Positions 10,153-19,723 of a stretch of DNA of 64,000 nucleotides are shown piece by piece. Every line of letters starts with the position of its first letter. Position 1 is the first letter of the stretch. The position numbers and the translations under genes were made by a program. Origin of the DNA: Turneriella sp. (GTDB taxonomy: Bacteria; Spirochaetota; Leptospiria; Turneriellales; Turneriellaceae); NCBI GenBank assembly GCA_965279515.1, contig CBDIID010000003.1, positions 2,464,001 through 2,528,000 on the forward strand, given 5' to 3'. Under the pieces are notes generated by a model. The model did no database searches. It was given only the letters and a program-made list of their open reading frames with translations, and was not told the DNA's origin.

Positions 10153-11679
10153 CTAATTGTGAAAGAATAAGTAGTCGTTTAGCAGAGCATTACCCTGATT
10201 ATCTTTCGCTGTGCCCCCCGCTATCTTCAAGCGATGATACCCTGTGCCTGCCCAACCACGAATATAGACGCTCATAATCATTAAAGTGGCATCAAGCTGA
10301 ATATCAGTGATACCGACTGTTCCCGGACCACTAACAATGGCCGTATACGTTGTCGCCTGAACCAAGGATTGCAGATCCATGGGTCGATCAAAGTATACTT
10401 TTAATACGTGACGAAAATCTGTAGTTGCAGCCGTGTCGATATCTACTCTTTCGTCGACAATCAGGACCGAATTTTGGAGCAAACTCCCCGAATCCAAAAC
10501 TGCAGATAATGCCTGATTGTTGCAGACATCAGTAACTCCACCTACGCAGTTTGCGATCGCGGGACAAGTCGCAGGAGTTAGAGTACACGTTCCGGATGCT
10601 AGAATTGTATAAGCTTGTCTTACACCAGTAATTGTGGGCCGAATTGAATCAGCTGCGTTTGTAGTGAATTGATAGTTATAGTTCTGATTTAGAATATTAT
10701 TCGCAATATCCGTGGCTGAATTATTTACGGACAAAGTATACAAGGTTTCACTCTCCAATGCGGGTGAAAATGTTAAAGTCGCCACAGTCGATAAACCAAC
10801 AGTCGCAAAGACTTTTGAAAAACCTGCCGTTGGCGAAATGGTAATAGCGTTGGTCAGGGTGGTTGTGTTCATAAGTTCACTGAACGTAATCACAATCTGA
10901 TCGTTTCGGCTAATCAGGGGCGTTACCAAACCATTTTGTAAAGCGAGGGCACTCGGATTTGCCACCGTACTTGTAATCGTGGGTCTGACAAAATCAGTTC
11001 CGACGACAAAACTAATTGTCCTTCCCTGAAGAAGATTATTTCCGACTAAGTCCTGGACATTCGTGTTAATGCTTATCGTATAAACAGTCCCATTCAAAAG
11101 GTTCGATTGCGGGGTAAAAGTCACAGTCTCTCCGGTACCATTTACCGTGAAAGCACCAACGACGGAGGGCGTGATGGTTATACCCGGGATCAAAGTCGAT
11201 GGATTTACTGCCTCTGAGAAAACGAATGTAAATACTGAATTCGGCAAAATTCCGGTCTGACCATATACGGGGTTCGTTGATACAATCTGTGGTTTACCCG
11301 CATCTGGATTAACAGTAAAATTGATCTGAAAATCATCGCGGAGGTTATTGCCCTCACTATCTTCAGCTGACTTGCTGATCAATAAGGTATATGTCCTTCC
11401 GGTCGTGAGGGGGCCTCTGGGAATAAATCGCAGACGATTTCTTTCCCAGATAAACTGGCCTTTGGGGCGGTCCGTATCCGCAAAAAGACTGAAGGCTGTC
11501 TCCGTTTGCGAATAATCCATCGATTCAGAAAATTCAATCCAGACCTCCACGTTATTGCTGATTCCCGTAGCATTTTGGGTCGGGTAAGAAGCAGAAACTT
11601 CGGGAGGATTAAAGTCATCTCGGCAATTAAAACCAAGAAAAACTAATCCGAGAAGAACAATAAGGCTTGTTTTTTTCAC
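10153..11679 (-). CDS. Big_5 (SbsA-type Ig-like) repeat lipoprotein
   Basis: Lipobox FLGFNC; repeated P-x-V/I...P...FSE.M/V...Y(T)L/I.I...D..GN.L units; Cys-rich insert in last domain. Confidence 0.85.
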   Translation of the reverse strand: MKKTSLIVLLGLVFLGFNCRDDFNPPEVSASYPTQNATGISNNVEVWIEFSESMDYSQTETAFSLFADTDRPKGQFIWERNRLRFIPRGPLTTGRTYTLLISKSAEDSEGNNLRDDFQINFTVNPDAGKPQIVSTNPVYGQTGILPNSVFTFVFSEAVNPSTLIPGITITPSVVGAFTVNGTGETVTFTPQSNLLNGTVYTISINTNVQDLVGNNLLQGRTISFVVGTDFVRPTITSTVANPSALALQNGLVTPLISRNDQIVITFSELMNTTTLTNAITISPTAGFSKVFATVGLSTVATLTFSPALESETLYTLSVNNSATDIANNILNQNYNYQFTTNAADSIRPTITGVRQAYTILASGTCTLTPATCPAIANCVGGVTDVCNNQALSAVLDSGSLLQNSVLIVDERVDIDTAATTDFRHVLKVYFDRPMDLQSLVQATTYTAIVSGPGTVGITDIQLDATLMIMSVYIRGWAGTGYHRLKIAGGTAKDNQGNALLNDYLFFHN

Positions 11680-13154
11680 GGATTACTCCTGAAAAACAAA
11701 GAATAATCGCTTTGCAAATAATTATTGCTCCCGTCTTTTACTCCGGTATTGGTTCCGATGATTTTCAATAAATAGACGTTATTGCCCAATTGTCCAAGGG
11801 ACAAGCTTAGAACGGTGCGCGGGACATTCCAGCTAAACTGAGTCATTGTACCTACCAAGGCGGAATCATTCCCCAGAAGTCTGGTAATCGAAATATTATC
11901 AGGCACAGATTCCACTAACATGGGAGCAGAAAAGGTAATCACAACTATACAATTCCAGGGTGGCACGACAGCACCGTAAGATAATGTAAATATGGGTATC
12001 AAAACGGTATTCGTGATTGCCGTGCCCGGCGACGGGCAACCAGCCCCCTGAACCACTGAAGCGATAGTCACGTATTGTGAATTTGGACCGTTGACTACAA
12101 AGCTTGTGGCAACCTGCGATAGTAAAGGATTGCCAAAAGCATCTTTTGCATTTTCTGTTACGGTAAGATAATATTCCCGCCCAGGCGTCAGCAAACCTGT
12201 TGGTTGAAACGTAAAACCGGCAAAACTGCCTAGCCAACTGAAGGAACCAGCGATCGTATTGCCAAAATGTCCGTCTACAATACTAAAGGAGCTTTGTGAA
12301 GGACTATAATCCATAGCTTCGTCGAAAGTGACAACAAAGCCTTCGTTTTTCTCAACAGTTGTTGCAGCAGGGCCGGGAAAGATCGCTGTTCCACCCGTTG
12401 TCTGTACCGTTAAAACCTGAGGCTTAACAAAATCTGTACCCGCCTTAAACCGGAAAACATGATCTGACACCATGGGCATGCCACGGGCATCCTTGGCAGT
12501 TTTCGCAATCGTGACCGCGTATTGTTGATTAAAGGTTAATCCCTGAAAGGGTGTGTACGTGAGCACGGTATTTCCTACGCTCCAGGTAAACAGACCGGTA
12601 ACAGAGGGACTTAACTGAAAAGCAGCTTCTGTTTCAGTAATGGACATGGGTCTACTAAACGTGATGTCGATTGGAGTATTTAATGCCACGCTCATATTCA
12701 AGTCTATGGGATTAGTCGTCACGACTCGTGGCGGAGTTAGATCCGTGCCAGCATAAAAATGGGCGAGAAATGTCGTTAGATATTTGCTTTCGTCCTTTGC
12801 CTGAGCAGAAGGCAATAATTTTACCGTGTATCTTCCCCCATATTCAAGATCGCCTTCGAGCTGGTAGTACATCGTATTCCCGCTCCACACAAAAGCACCC
12901 TTCGGAATCGGCGAATCAGACGTCAGTGAGAACGCATTCTGCGTCAGTTCATGATTCATCTCCTTGTCGAACTTCAGATATATATTCGGCCGGACGTCGG
13001 TAAATCCGGTTCTTTCGGCAGGATAAGAATCAATGACCAGAGGTGATTCCAGGGATTTTAGCGCCGCGCAGGTGAGAAGAAATCCCGTGACCATGCCCGC
13101 GCAAAGCCATCTGAAAACGGATCGGGTTAAATTTCCTTTCGACTTCGTCAGCAT
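11676..13154 (-). CDS. Big_5 (SbsA-type Ig-like) repeat lipoprotein
   Basis: Lipobox-like FLLTC; repeated FDKEM/FSRPM/FDEAM...AKDA.G units. Confidence 0.85.
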   Translation of the reverse strand: MLTKSKGNLTRSVFRWLCAGMVTGFLLTCAALKSLESPLVIDSYPAERTGFTDVRPNIYLKFDKEMNHELTQNAFSLTSDSPIPKGAFVWSGNTMYYQLEGDLEYGGRYTVKLLPSAQAKDESKYLTTFLAHFYAGTDLTPPRVVTTNPIDLNMSVALNTPIDITFSRPMSITETEAAFQLSPSVTGLFTWSVGNTVLTYTPFQGLTFNQQYAVTIAKTAKDARGMPMVSDHVFRFKAGTDFVKPQVLTVQTTGGTAIFPGPAATTVEKNEGFVVTFDEAMDYSPSQSSFSIVDGHFGNTIAGSFSWLGSFAGFTFQPTGLLTPGREYYLTVTENAKDAFGNPLLSQVATSFVVNGPNSQYVTIASVVQGAGCPSPGTAITNTVLIPIFTLSYGAVVPPWNCIVVITFSAPMLVESVPDNISITRLLGNDSALVGTMTQFSWNVPRTVLSLSLGQLGNNVYLLKIIGTNTGVKDGSNNYLQSDYSLFFRSNP

Positions 13155-13156
13155 AG

Positions 13157-14788
13157 CTACTCCTCGCGCACCTTTTGCCGCGTTCTTTTCGGTTTTTTCT
13201 TGATAATCTGTGTCTTGCTTAAGTCGGTTTCTACGCCTTCCTCAATTGATTCTCCCGAGGGGTTATCCACCTGCGGAGATTCTGGCACTGATTCAGCTGC
13301 CGCTGGGCGCGCCTTAGATAGCTCAGCTACTATCTTTTTCCAGCGGTCTTCGCTATAGACTTTCGTCCCATCGTTTAATGCTTCTACGTTAGAGGTTGCA
13401 ACAATATCCTGATCAGACAAACCTTGCAGGATTTCATACTCATCACTATATCTGTTGCCGATCACGATTTCCTTCTTGAAAGCTGTCCCATTCTTTAATA
13501 CGAAACAGTAGCCATTTTTCTCTAGTTTTCCGGGTTTTCGATCCGTGATGATTATTGCTGTTTCAGGGATCGCCATAGCATTACCCTTCGACGCGAGTAC
13601 GATTTGAGTTCTGACAAACATACCCGGCCTAAAAATATGTTCAGGATTGCTGGCCTTAATCTTCACTTCGGCCGTCCGCGTCTGTGGCGCAAGGACAGGG
13701 GATATGACCGTTACCGTGCCGGTGAAAAATTTACCAGGTAAGGCATCCACGCCAAATTTAACCTCAAGGCCCTTCTTTATTTGGAAAAGATTCTCCTCGC
13801 TCACTGAAGTAACCAAATAAACGGGATTTGTACCAACGATTACGAAGACCGGGGTATCCGGTTTAACCATTTCGCCAATATCCACCTGACGAGCTGCAAT
13901 AACACCGTCGATAGGAGTGCGAATCGTTGCTTCCTTCAGAAGTAGCGCGGAGATTTTTTCCTGGGCTTCCGCAGATTTGATACTGGCTTCAGCAATGTTG
14001 AGTTCCGACCGCTCGATGGTCGTATTTAACTCCATAACAGATTTTTTCCATTCGGCTTTTGTTTTCGGCCGCTCGTATCCCGCTTTAAGGAGGTCTTCGA
14101 CCCGATAACCGACAGCGTTCATCTTTTGATCCAACATCAAACCATAGTATCGCGATTTTGTATTCATAATCTCGACTTGCTGGGCATTGTACTCTAAAGG
14201 TGTAACCCCATCAATATCGAGCAAAGTCTTCTTCGCTTTTTCATTAATCAAATCGTTATCGTATTTCGCCTTAACGGCCAAGACATCGATCTTCTCCTTC
14301 TCCATCGCCCAAACACGCTTTTCGACGTTACGCTTCGCAACATTATACTTTTCCTTGGATAGCTTCAACTGGGCTGTTGCCGAATTTAGGCTATTCTGAG
14401 CCTGAAGATGCTCCATCTCGAGGCGCTGCTTGTCCAATAGCGCAATGACCTCCCCTTTGGTCACAAAATCACCTACATCTTTCGTAAAAGAAGCGAGTCT
14501 CGCGTTCGCGAGGGATGTTATCTGCGCTTTCTGAATCTGGCTTACAGTCCCGGGGGTATCGAGAATATTTACGAGATTCTTTCGGTATATTTTCAGATAC
14601 TTGGTATCGCTGAAAATTGGCTCGTCGACCCGATATGTCTTAGGTTTCTTATAAACCAGAAAAGTCAGCAGGATCGCCGGCACAGCGAGTAGGGCCACGT
14701 AAATCAAGAGACGCAATTTGGGCGGCAGCTTTCTCAGCAGATTGTTGAGAATTGCCAGGGGCTTAAAGATTATTTTCAGGATATTCAT
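13157..14788 (-). CDS. RND periplasmic adaptor (membrane fusion protein) with long coiled-coil hairpin
   Basis: N-terminal TM; lipoyl halves VGDFVTKGEVIALLD / TIRTPIDGVIAAR; FRPGMF beta-barrel motif. Confidence 0.92.
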   Translation of the reverse strand: MNILKIIFKPLAILNNLLRKLPPKLRLLIYVALLAVPAILLTFLVYKKPKTYRVDEPIFSDTKYLKIYRKNLVNILDTPGTVSQIQKAQITSLANARLASFTKDVGDFVTKGEVIALLDKQRLEMEHLQAQNSLNSATAQLKLSKEKYNVAKRNVEKRVWAMEKEKIDVLAVKAKYDNDLINEKAKKTLLDIDGVTPLEYNAQQVEIMNTKSRYYGLMLDQKMNAVGYRVEDLLKAGYERPKTKAEWKKSVMELNTTIERSELNIAEASIKSAEAQEKISALLLKEATIRTPIDGVIAARQVDIGEMVKPDTPVFVIVGTNPVYLVTSVSEENLFQIKKGLEVKFGVDALPGKFFTGTVTVISPVLAPQTRTAEVKIKASNPEHIFRPGMFVRTQIVLASKGNAMAIPETAIIITDRKPGKLEKNGYCFVLKNGTAFKKEIVIGNRYSDEYEILQGLSDQDIVATSNVEALNDGTKVYSEDRWKKIVAELSKARPAAAESVPESPQVDNPSGESIEEGVETDLSKTQIIKKKPKRTRQKVREE

Positions 14789-14789
14789 A

Positions 14790-16211
14790 TCAGTTATTAT
14801 AATTGATTAGTCCCAAATAGTCTGCCTTTACTCCCATGGTAGTTTCAAGCACACCGATTGAAATCAGATAATCGGCTTTGGCTTTTATAAAGTTTTGTGC
14901 AACGCCAAGGTATTCGATCTCGGCAAGCATTAAGTCAACACGCTTCAATTGGCCTAATCTTACCTTTGCGGTTTGAATCTGAATTCTCTCAGACAGTACT
15001 TTCTCAGCCTCTTCTGCGATTTTGAAGATTTCGAAGTTGTGCTCTGCAGAGATCAAAGCAGTTTTCACTTCTATCGCCAGCTGGTCTGGTAGCCTGTCCC
15101 TTTCGAAGAGGCCTCGTTTTAGATTCATCCCTGATTCGATCTTCTGTCTACGGTAAGAAATATCCTCGAAAACACCAATCGACGTGTCCGTACTGTATCC
15201 TTGCGTATATCCGTTTGTCGCGACATTGCTTCGCGGCGTTTCCCGAACCATGTTGCCAAACATGTTTGAAGTCACAATAACGCCTACCCCCCATCCGTTT
15301 TCCTGCGGAAAAAACCGGTCTCCCGACAGATTGTAATTACCCGTTAGGGAAATACGAGGATAGAAATAACTTTCAGCAATTTCATACTCCTTTCTGAGGC
15401 GCATTGTATCAACACGTCTTTGTTCAACTTCTGGCCTGTTCGACATGGTAATAGCGTACAGATCTTCGAATTTTCTATCGATTTCCCTGAAGGTAAGCTT
15501 GTGTAAGGTTTCTTTATCCAGAACCAGTTCGACGCTTGGATTCAGGCGAAGCCCCTGCTTGAAGGTTAAATCCAGGGTTTCGTAATCACGCTTCTCTTTA
15601 ATCAAACTTGTTACTATCTGCTTATATTTGGAAACCACATCGAGGTAATCAATTTTTGTCAGAGTACCGACTTCAAATTCTTTCTGACTGAGCTTGGCCT
15701 GAAGTTCTGATCGTTCGGCGGAGCGCTGTCGGGATTCAACCGTGTAGATCGCCTGCAACAGGCGGAAAAAATTACTTCTGGTATCGAGAATGACCTTATT
15801 TCGCAACTGCCGGTATTTATAGTTGGCAAGAGTTACGTCCAATTTACTCAAATCGTATGCCAATGACATTCTGCCGCCGTCATAGACGGGCTGCGTAACA
15901 TCGACTCGCATTTGATGGCTGCGCGTATCAAAATCACGAATTCTAACTTGCTCGTTATTCAGGTACGAGAATCGCAATTGGGGCAAAAACGCCCGCCATT
16001 TTTCGATAATATTTGCCTGCATCATGCTTCGCTCAGAACTCTGAAGCTGAAGATCAATGCTGTTAGTTTGGGCTAATTGTTCCGCTATCTTCAAATCCAT
16101 GGGCATACGATTCACATCTTGAGTGAATAGCATGCTTGCCGAAAGCAGATAACCCCCTATGTAAAGGGGCCATCGGCTGCAAAAATCTAATTTGTCCGGA
16201 CTATTGGCCAA
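14790..16211 (-). CDS. TolC family outer membrane channel
   Basis: Two OEP repeats (AFLPQL...QPVYDGG; NRPEV...YFYPRISLTG). Confidence 0.9.
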   Translation of the reverse strand: MANSPDKLDFCSRWPLYIGGYLLSASMLFTQDVNRMPMDLKIAEQLAQTNSIDLQLQSSERSMMQANIIEKWRAFLPQLRFSYLNNEQVRIRDFDTRSHQMRVDVTQPVYDGGRMSLAYDLSKLDVTLANYKYRQLRNKVILDTRSNFFRLLQAIYTVESRQRSAERSELQAKLSQKEFEVGTLTKIDYLDVVSKYKQIVTSLIKEKRDYETLDLTFKQGLRLNPSVELVLDKETLHKLTFREIDRKFEDLYAITMSNRPEVEQRRVDTMRLRKEYEIAESYFYPRISLTGNYNLSGDRFFPQENGWGVGVIVTSNMFGNMVRETPRSNVATNGYTQGYSTDTSIGVFEDISYRRQKIESGMNLKRGLFERDRLPDQLAIEVKTALISAEHNFEIFKIAEEAEKVLSERIQIQTAKVRLGQLKRVDLMLAEIEYLGVAQNFIKAKADYLISIGVLETTMGVKADYLGLINYNN

Positions 16212-16235
16212 GGATCTGATCTCCGTCTGCTAATT

Positions 16236-16853
16236 TCATTTATCCCGGACTGCTTCCAATACCAGACGTCTTGCCTTGATTTTTTCGGCCCGCTCCGTAA
16301 GCTTATGTTGTACCAATAGGGCTTCGTAGCCTCGGTAGGCCGTCGCCAGTTCCAGTTCGGACATTAGAACTTTTTGATACTCAACCATAGCCTGGCGTAA
16401 GTTACCTGTCTTTGCGTAAAACCTTGCCAACTCGACATGCATGGCAAAGTCTTCAGGATGATTATTCAAACCATGCAGCAGATAACTTTCAGCCTGAGCT
16501 TCTGTTTTCTTTTCCGTCATCGCAATGCGCGCAAGCCAAAGCAACGCCCCTTGATGACCAGCTTCTTTTTTGAGAATAGCCGAGAATACCTGCTCGCTTT
16601 CTTTATACTTTTTGGTGTAGAAGAAAATTTTTCCCTTTAGCACTTGCGCTGGCAAATAGGCCGCATATGCTTTTATGATTTTTTCAGCACTTTCCAGCGA
16701 ACTATCAAACTTTCTCTCGATAAAATCCTGGTTTGCCTGGAAAAGATCTTTCTCGATAGCCGGTGGAATTTTTTGAACCGTCTTTTCTCCACAATAACTG
16801 AAGATAAGAATGACCAACAGTGTGATGATTTGCGAAATTCCGATTTTTTTCAT
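16236..16853 (-). CDS. Tetratricopeptide repeat lipoprotein
   Basis: Lipobox IFSYC; several TPR-like helices (KGKIFFY, LWLARIA, ELARFYA). Confidence 0.8.
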   Translation of the reverse strand: MKKIGISQIITLLVILIFSYCGEKTVQKIPPAIEKDLFQANQDFIERKFDSSLESAEKIIKAYAAYLPAQVLKGKIFFYTKKYKESEQVFSAILKKEAGHQGALLWLARIAMTEKKTEAQAESYLLHGLNNHPEDFAMHVELARFYAKTGNLRQAMVEYQKVLMSELELATAYRGYEALLVQHKLTERAEKIKARRLVLEAVRDK

Positions 16854-17842
16854 TTAAGCCTCTCTTCGCTACTCAAGCGAATTCTTCCGATGATTTTCTC
16901 TCCTGATGTCCTAATTCGATTCAAAACCGATTTTATGATGGCATCTAACCTGAGAGAGAAAAGCAGATAAATCATGTACATCAGCGGAATGAGATTCGTC
17001 ACTAGACCGAATTTAGCTGCTGGCAACAGACTCTTCTGAAGTTGGCTATCCGCATCCGAAATCAGACTATTCAGCATTTTGGCGGAGATTCCGGATGGTG
17101 ATTGCGCATAGGCCAGATTCAAAGTTTCTTTGAGATTTTGTGAGGTCCGCCTCTGGTATGCGCTGATGTCGACAACACTCCAAGTCGCCGAGGCTACCAT
17201 TATGAGATAAAACCCAGCCACTAAATGTGCAGCCCATCTCCATCCCGTAATACTAATAATGCCAAGTGCCGCGCTGCAAACCACCAGCGTGATACTGACA
17301 ACTCGCGCAACCTCCCCTTTGAAGATGCGCGCAAATAGATCCACAGCGGGAATTTTGGCAAATATCATCGGGATACTCGTTACCGCCGCCGTAACCAAGA
17401 GAATTCCGATGAGTTTCTGAAGTGGTCTGGATGTATCAAATCGCATGGGCACTAAATTGGGCGAGCTGTCAACGATGGCATCTGACAGATGGGCTGATCT
17501 TTTATTGAAGAAAAGATACAAAAACGGGACAAATAGGAGGAAAACGCTAATCCATTGGGATATGAATCTCAGCACCTCTTCAAACCAAGTCAACCGTTTA
17601 CCTTTGGTGTTTTTCCGAATGTTATAACCGAACAACCACATACCCATTGTTTGACCTTTAAGAAACAGTCTCGATGCAAAATAGGTGAGAAACACTCCAC
17701 CCAGGAAGGACAAGAGGATAACAGCCTTATTTGTGAGCCATGAAGCCGGGATGAAAATTGAAGCGACATCTAACAATAACCGGAAGATGGCAAGGTCTGT
17801 TATCGTCGATAAAAACCGGATCCAGGGTGAAACATTCTGCAT
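16850..17842 (-). CDS. RDD family membrane protein with extra C-terminal TM domain
   Basis: SPWIRFLSTITD, GQTMGMWLFG, R..HLSD RDD motifs. Confidence 0.8.
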   Translation of the reverse strand: MQNVSPWIRFLSTITDLAIFRLLLDVASIFIPASWLTNKAVILLSFLGGVFLTYFASRLFLKGQTMGMWLFGYNIRKNTKGKRLTWFEEVLRFISQWISVFLLFVPFLYLFFNKRSAHLSDAIVDSSPNLVPMRFDTSRPLQKLIGILLVTAAVTSIPMIFAKIPAVDLFARIFKGEVARVVSITLVVCSAALGIISITGWRWAAHLVAGFYLIMVASATWSVVDISAYQRRTSQNLKETLNLAYAQSPSGISAKMLNSLISDADSQLQKSLLPAAKFGLVTNLIPLMYMIYLLFSLRLDAIIKSVLNRIRTSGEKIIGRIRLSSEERLK

Positions 17843-17998
17843 GATTTAGTGGCTTTTCCTTGGCGTTATCCAATTCTAATATCTCCTGTCCAATATCGAC
17901 GACAGAGAAGCCTAACTTAAAAATCCGCGAGGACAGAAAAGAACAATGTGTATGCTAACCCAATTAACTATAAGTCAGATGGCGATCGACTTAAGGGG

Positions 17999-19387
17999 TC
18001 AGGATTTGAATTCAAATTCTCGGATGAGATGATCTAAGGCAGGATCATGTGACAATAATGCGGCCTGATCGGATAAAACCTCTATTAGGTCATCGCAAAT
18101 CAATTGGGTTATTCTTTCCAAAGATATGGCCTGAGATATGGGGTTATCGCTGTCTATGCTTGCTTCCTCTACTTCAAAAGCTACGCTTGAAATCCGATGA
18201 TTATTGATTAGGATTGCGGTTGATTCTGGTTGAAGGCGGCTATTAAATTCGATAGAGATTTCTTCGATAATCGTGCCTGTCGCCTGTATGGCCTTCATCC
18301 TACTTAAATTTACCGCAATACCCATGGCAACTTCATTCCCTACAAAGTAATCGTTCCAGAGTGTCCTGCCTAACTGCAGCTTAACGCGATTTTCAAGTTC
18401 AATCCGCTTCTCTTCCCTTTGGATGAACTCGGCATGTATTTCCAGGTGACCCGCATCCGTAGGCTCAACTACGTCTGATAAAAAGCCGGCTGCAAAGACA
18501 GCGCCACCGAATGCTACCAAGAATGCATTGGGAAAACCCGGAAAAAAAGATAGAACAACAAAAAAAGCGCCAATCAACATCGCCTTTCGGCGGTCTTCAA
18601 AGAGCATTTCCCGGAAATTCAGCTTGGCAACCCTTTTGGTGGCAAGTTGCGAGAGCCATTCTCTGATCGCAAAAAGATTGAGTGCTATCCCAGGCAAGAG
18701 ACATAAGACAGTGCTCACTATCAAAAGAGCCGAGGTTCTGATGGATTTCCCTAATGAATCCGGTGTAAAATGATCGCGATTCCATACTCCAAGAATCAAT
18801 GCGAAACACATAAATAAAGGGAATACATACAATTCGATCTTCGCTGTGCTTAGGAAGAACAAAGGAATTTTAGAACCTTGGCGAAAATCAGATTTCGATA
18901 AAATCTTTTCATCGGATTCTTCCAATTTCTCTATTTGAGGAAAATTTAATTCATTCCTGACCTGGATTTGCACATGAATATCATTTACAACTCGCTTAAT
19001 GGTCGCAAGGGATAAAAATCCAAGAGTTAGGTAAGTTGTGACCGCAATGGTCAGGTTTGATTCAAGGGTTTGGAAGTAAAAAAAGTCCGTTATTTTCCGA
19101 ATAATCTGACCGTCAAAGTTGGGGCCTGCAAGGCCGATCTTACGAACCGATGCGCCTAACATCATCATGCGCAATGTAAGTGTAAAAAAGCCAGCTACCG
19201 TCAGCCAGTAATAACGTGTATTTGGTTGAATTATCAGACTTGCAAGAGTAAAGATAACGGTACTAAAAACCGCAAAAAACAACAAGAAATCGAAGACCAC
19301 CGAAGGCATTGGGAGCAATAACATCATCGCTGATGGGAAAAAGCACAAGAAATAAGAGAATCTTTTTTGATCGGCCCAAGAATGCAT
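17999..19387 (-). CDS. Degenerate, truncated FlhA/SctV (FHIPEP family) paralog
   Basis: MMLLLPMPSVVFD, TLTLRMMMLGASVRKI, FDGQIIR, FFPGFPN, KLQLG, RLQPESTAILIN align by eye with FlhA; FHIPEP signature and distal cytoplasmic domains missing. Confidence 0.7.
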   Translation of the reverse strand: MHSWADQKRFSYFLCFFPSAMMLLLPMPSVVFDFLLFFAVFSTVIFTLASLIIQPNTRYYWLTVAGFFTLTLRMMMLGASVRKIGLAGPNFDGQIIRKITDFFYFQTLESNLTIAVTTYLTLGFLSLATIKRVVNDIHVQIQVRNELNFPQIEKLEESDEKILSKSDFRQGSKIPLFFLSTAKIELYVFPLFMCFALILGVWNRDHFTPDSLGKSIRTSALLIVSTVLCLLPGIALNLFAIREWLSQLATKRVAKLNFREMLFEDRRKAMLIGAFFVVLSFFPGFPNAFLVAFGGAVFAAGFLSDVVEPTDAGHLEIHAEFIQREEKRIELENRVKLQLGRTLWNDYFVGNEVAMGIAVNLSRMKAIQATGTIIEEISIEFNSRLQPESTAILINNHRISSVAFEVEEASIDSDNPISQAISLERITQLICDDLIEVLSDQAALLSHDPALDHLIREFEFKS

Positions 19388-19606
19388 GCGTACCTATTAC
19401 ATTATCGTGATTCTCTTGCCTAAAATTCAATCGTCATGGTTTTTTTTGAATACCTGCTGGATTTCAAAGCGTAAATTGGCCCGTAAGCACCTAAAACCCC
19501 CTAAAATCAAGAAACAAACTGACCAAACGCTAGGAGAAGTTTCCGAATCTGCAGTGCGTGAAGCAGGGAAGAGAATCAGCAGATTTCCAATTTCCGCCTG
19601 CCGAGG

Positions 19607-19661
19607 GCACACGATGTGCTGAGCGCCGCCGCTGGCACGGACGCCATCTTCGCGGCGGCGC
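19607..19661 (+). repeat. GGA-loop structured intergenic element, copy 1
   Basis: gcac-ACGAT-gtgc tga gcgccgccgc tggc-ACGGAC-gcca tcttc gcggcggcgc. Confidence 0.75.
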
Positions 19662-19723
19662 GAGGGCACATTCAAATCGGGCTTTACACCTTGCTCAGGC
19701 TAAAAGCCGCATTGTAAGCGGAT

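Noticed and set aside
17999..19387. A functional flagellar or type III secretion locus
   Set aside because: No fliP/Q/R, flhB, ATPase or secretin genes, and key FlhA motifs are missing
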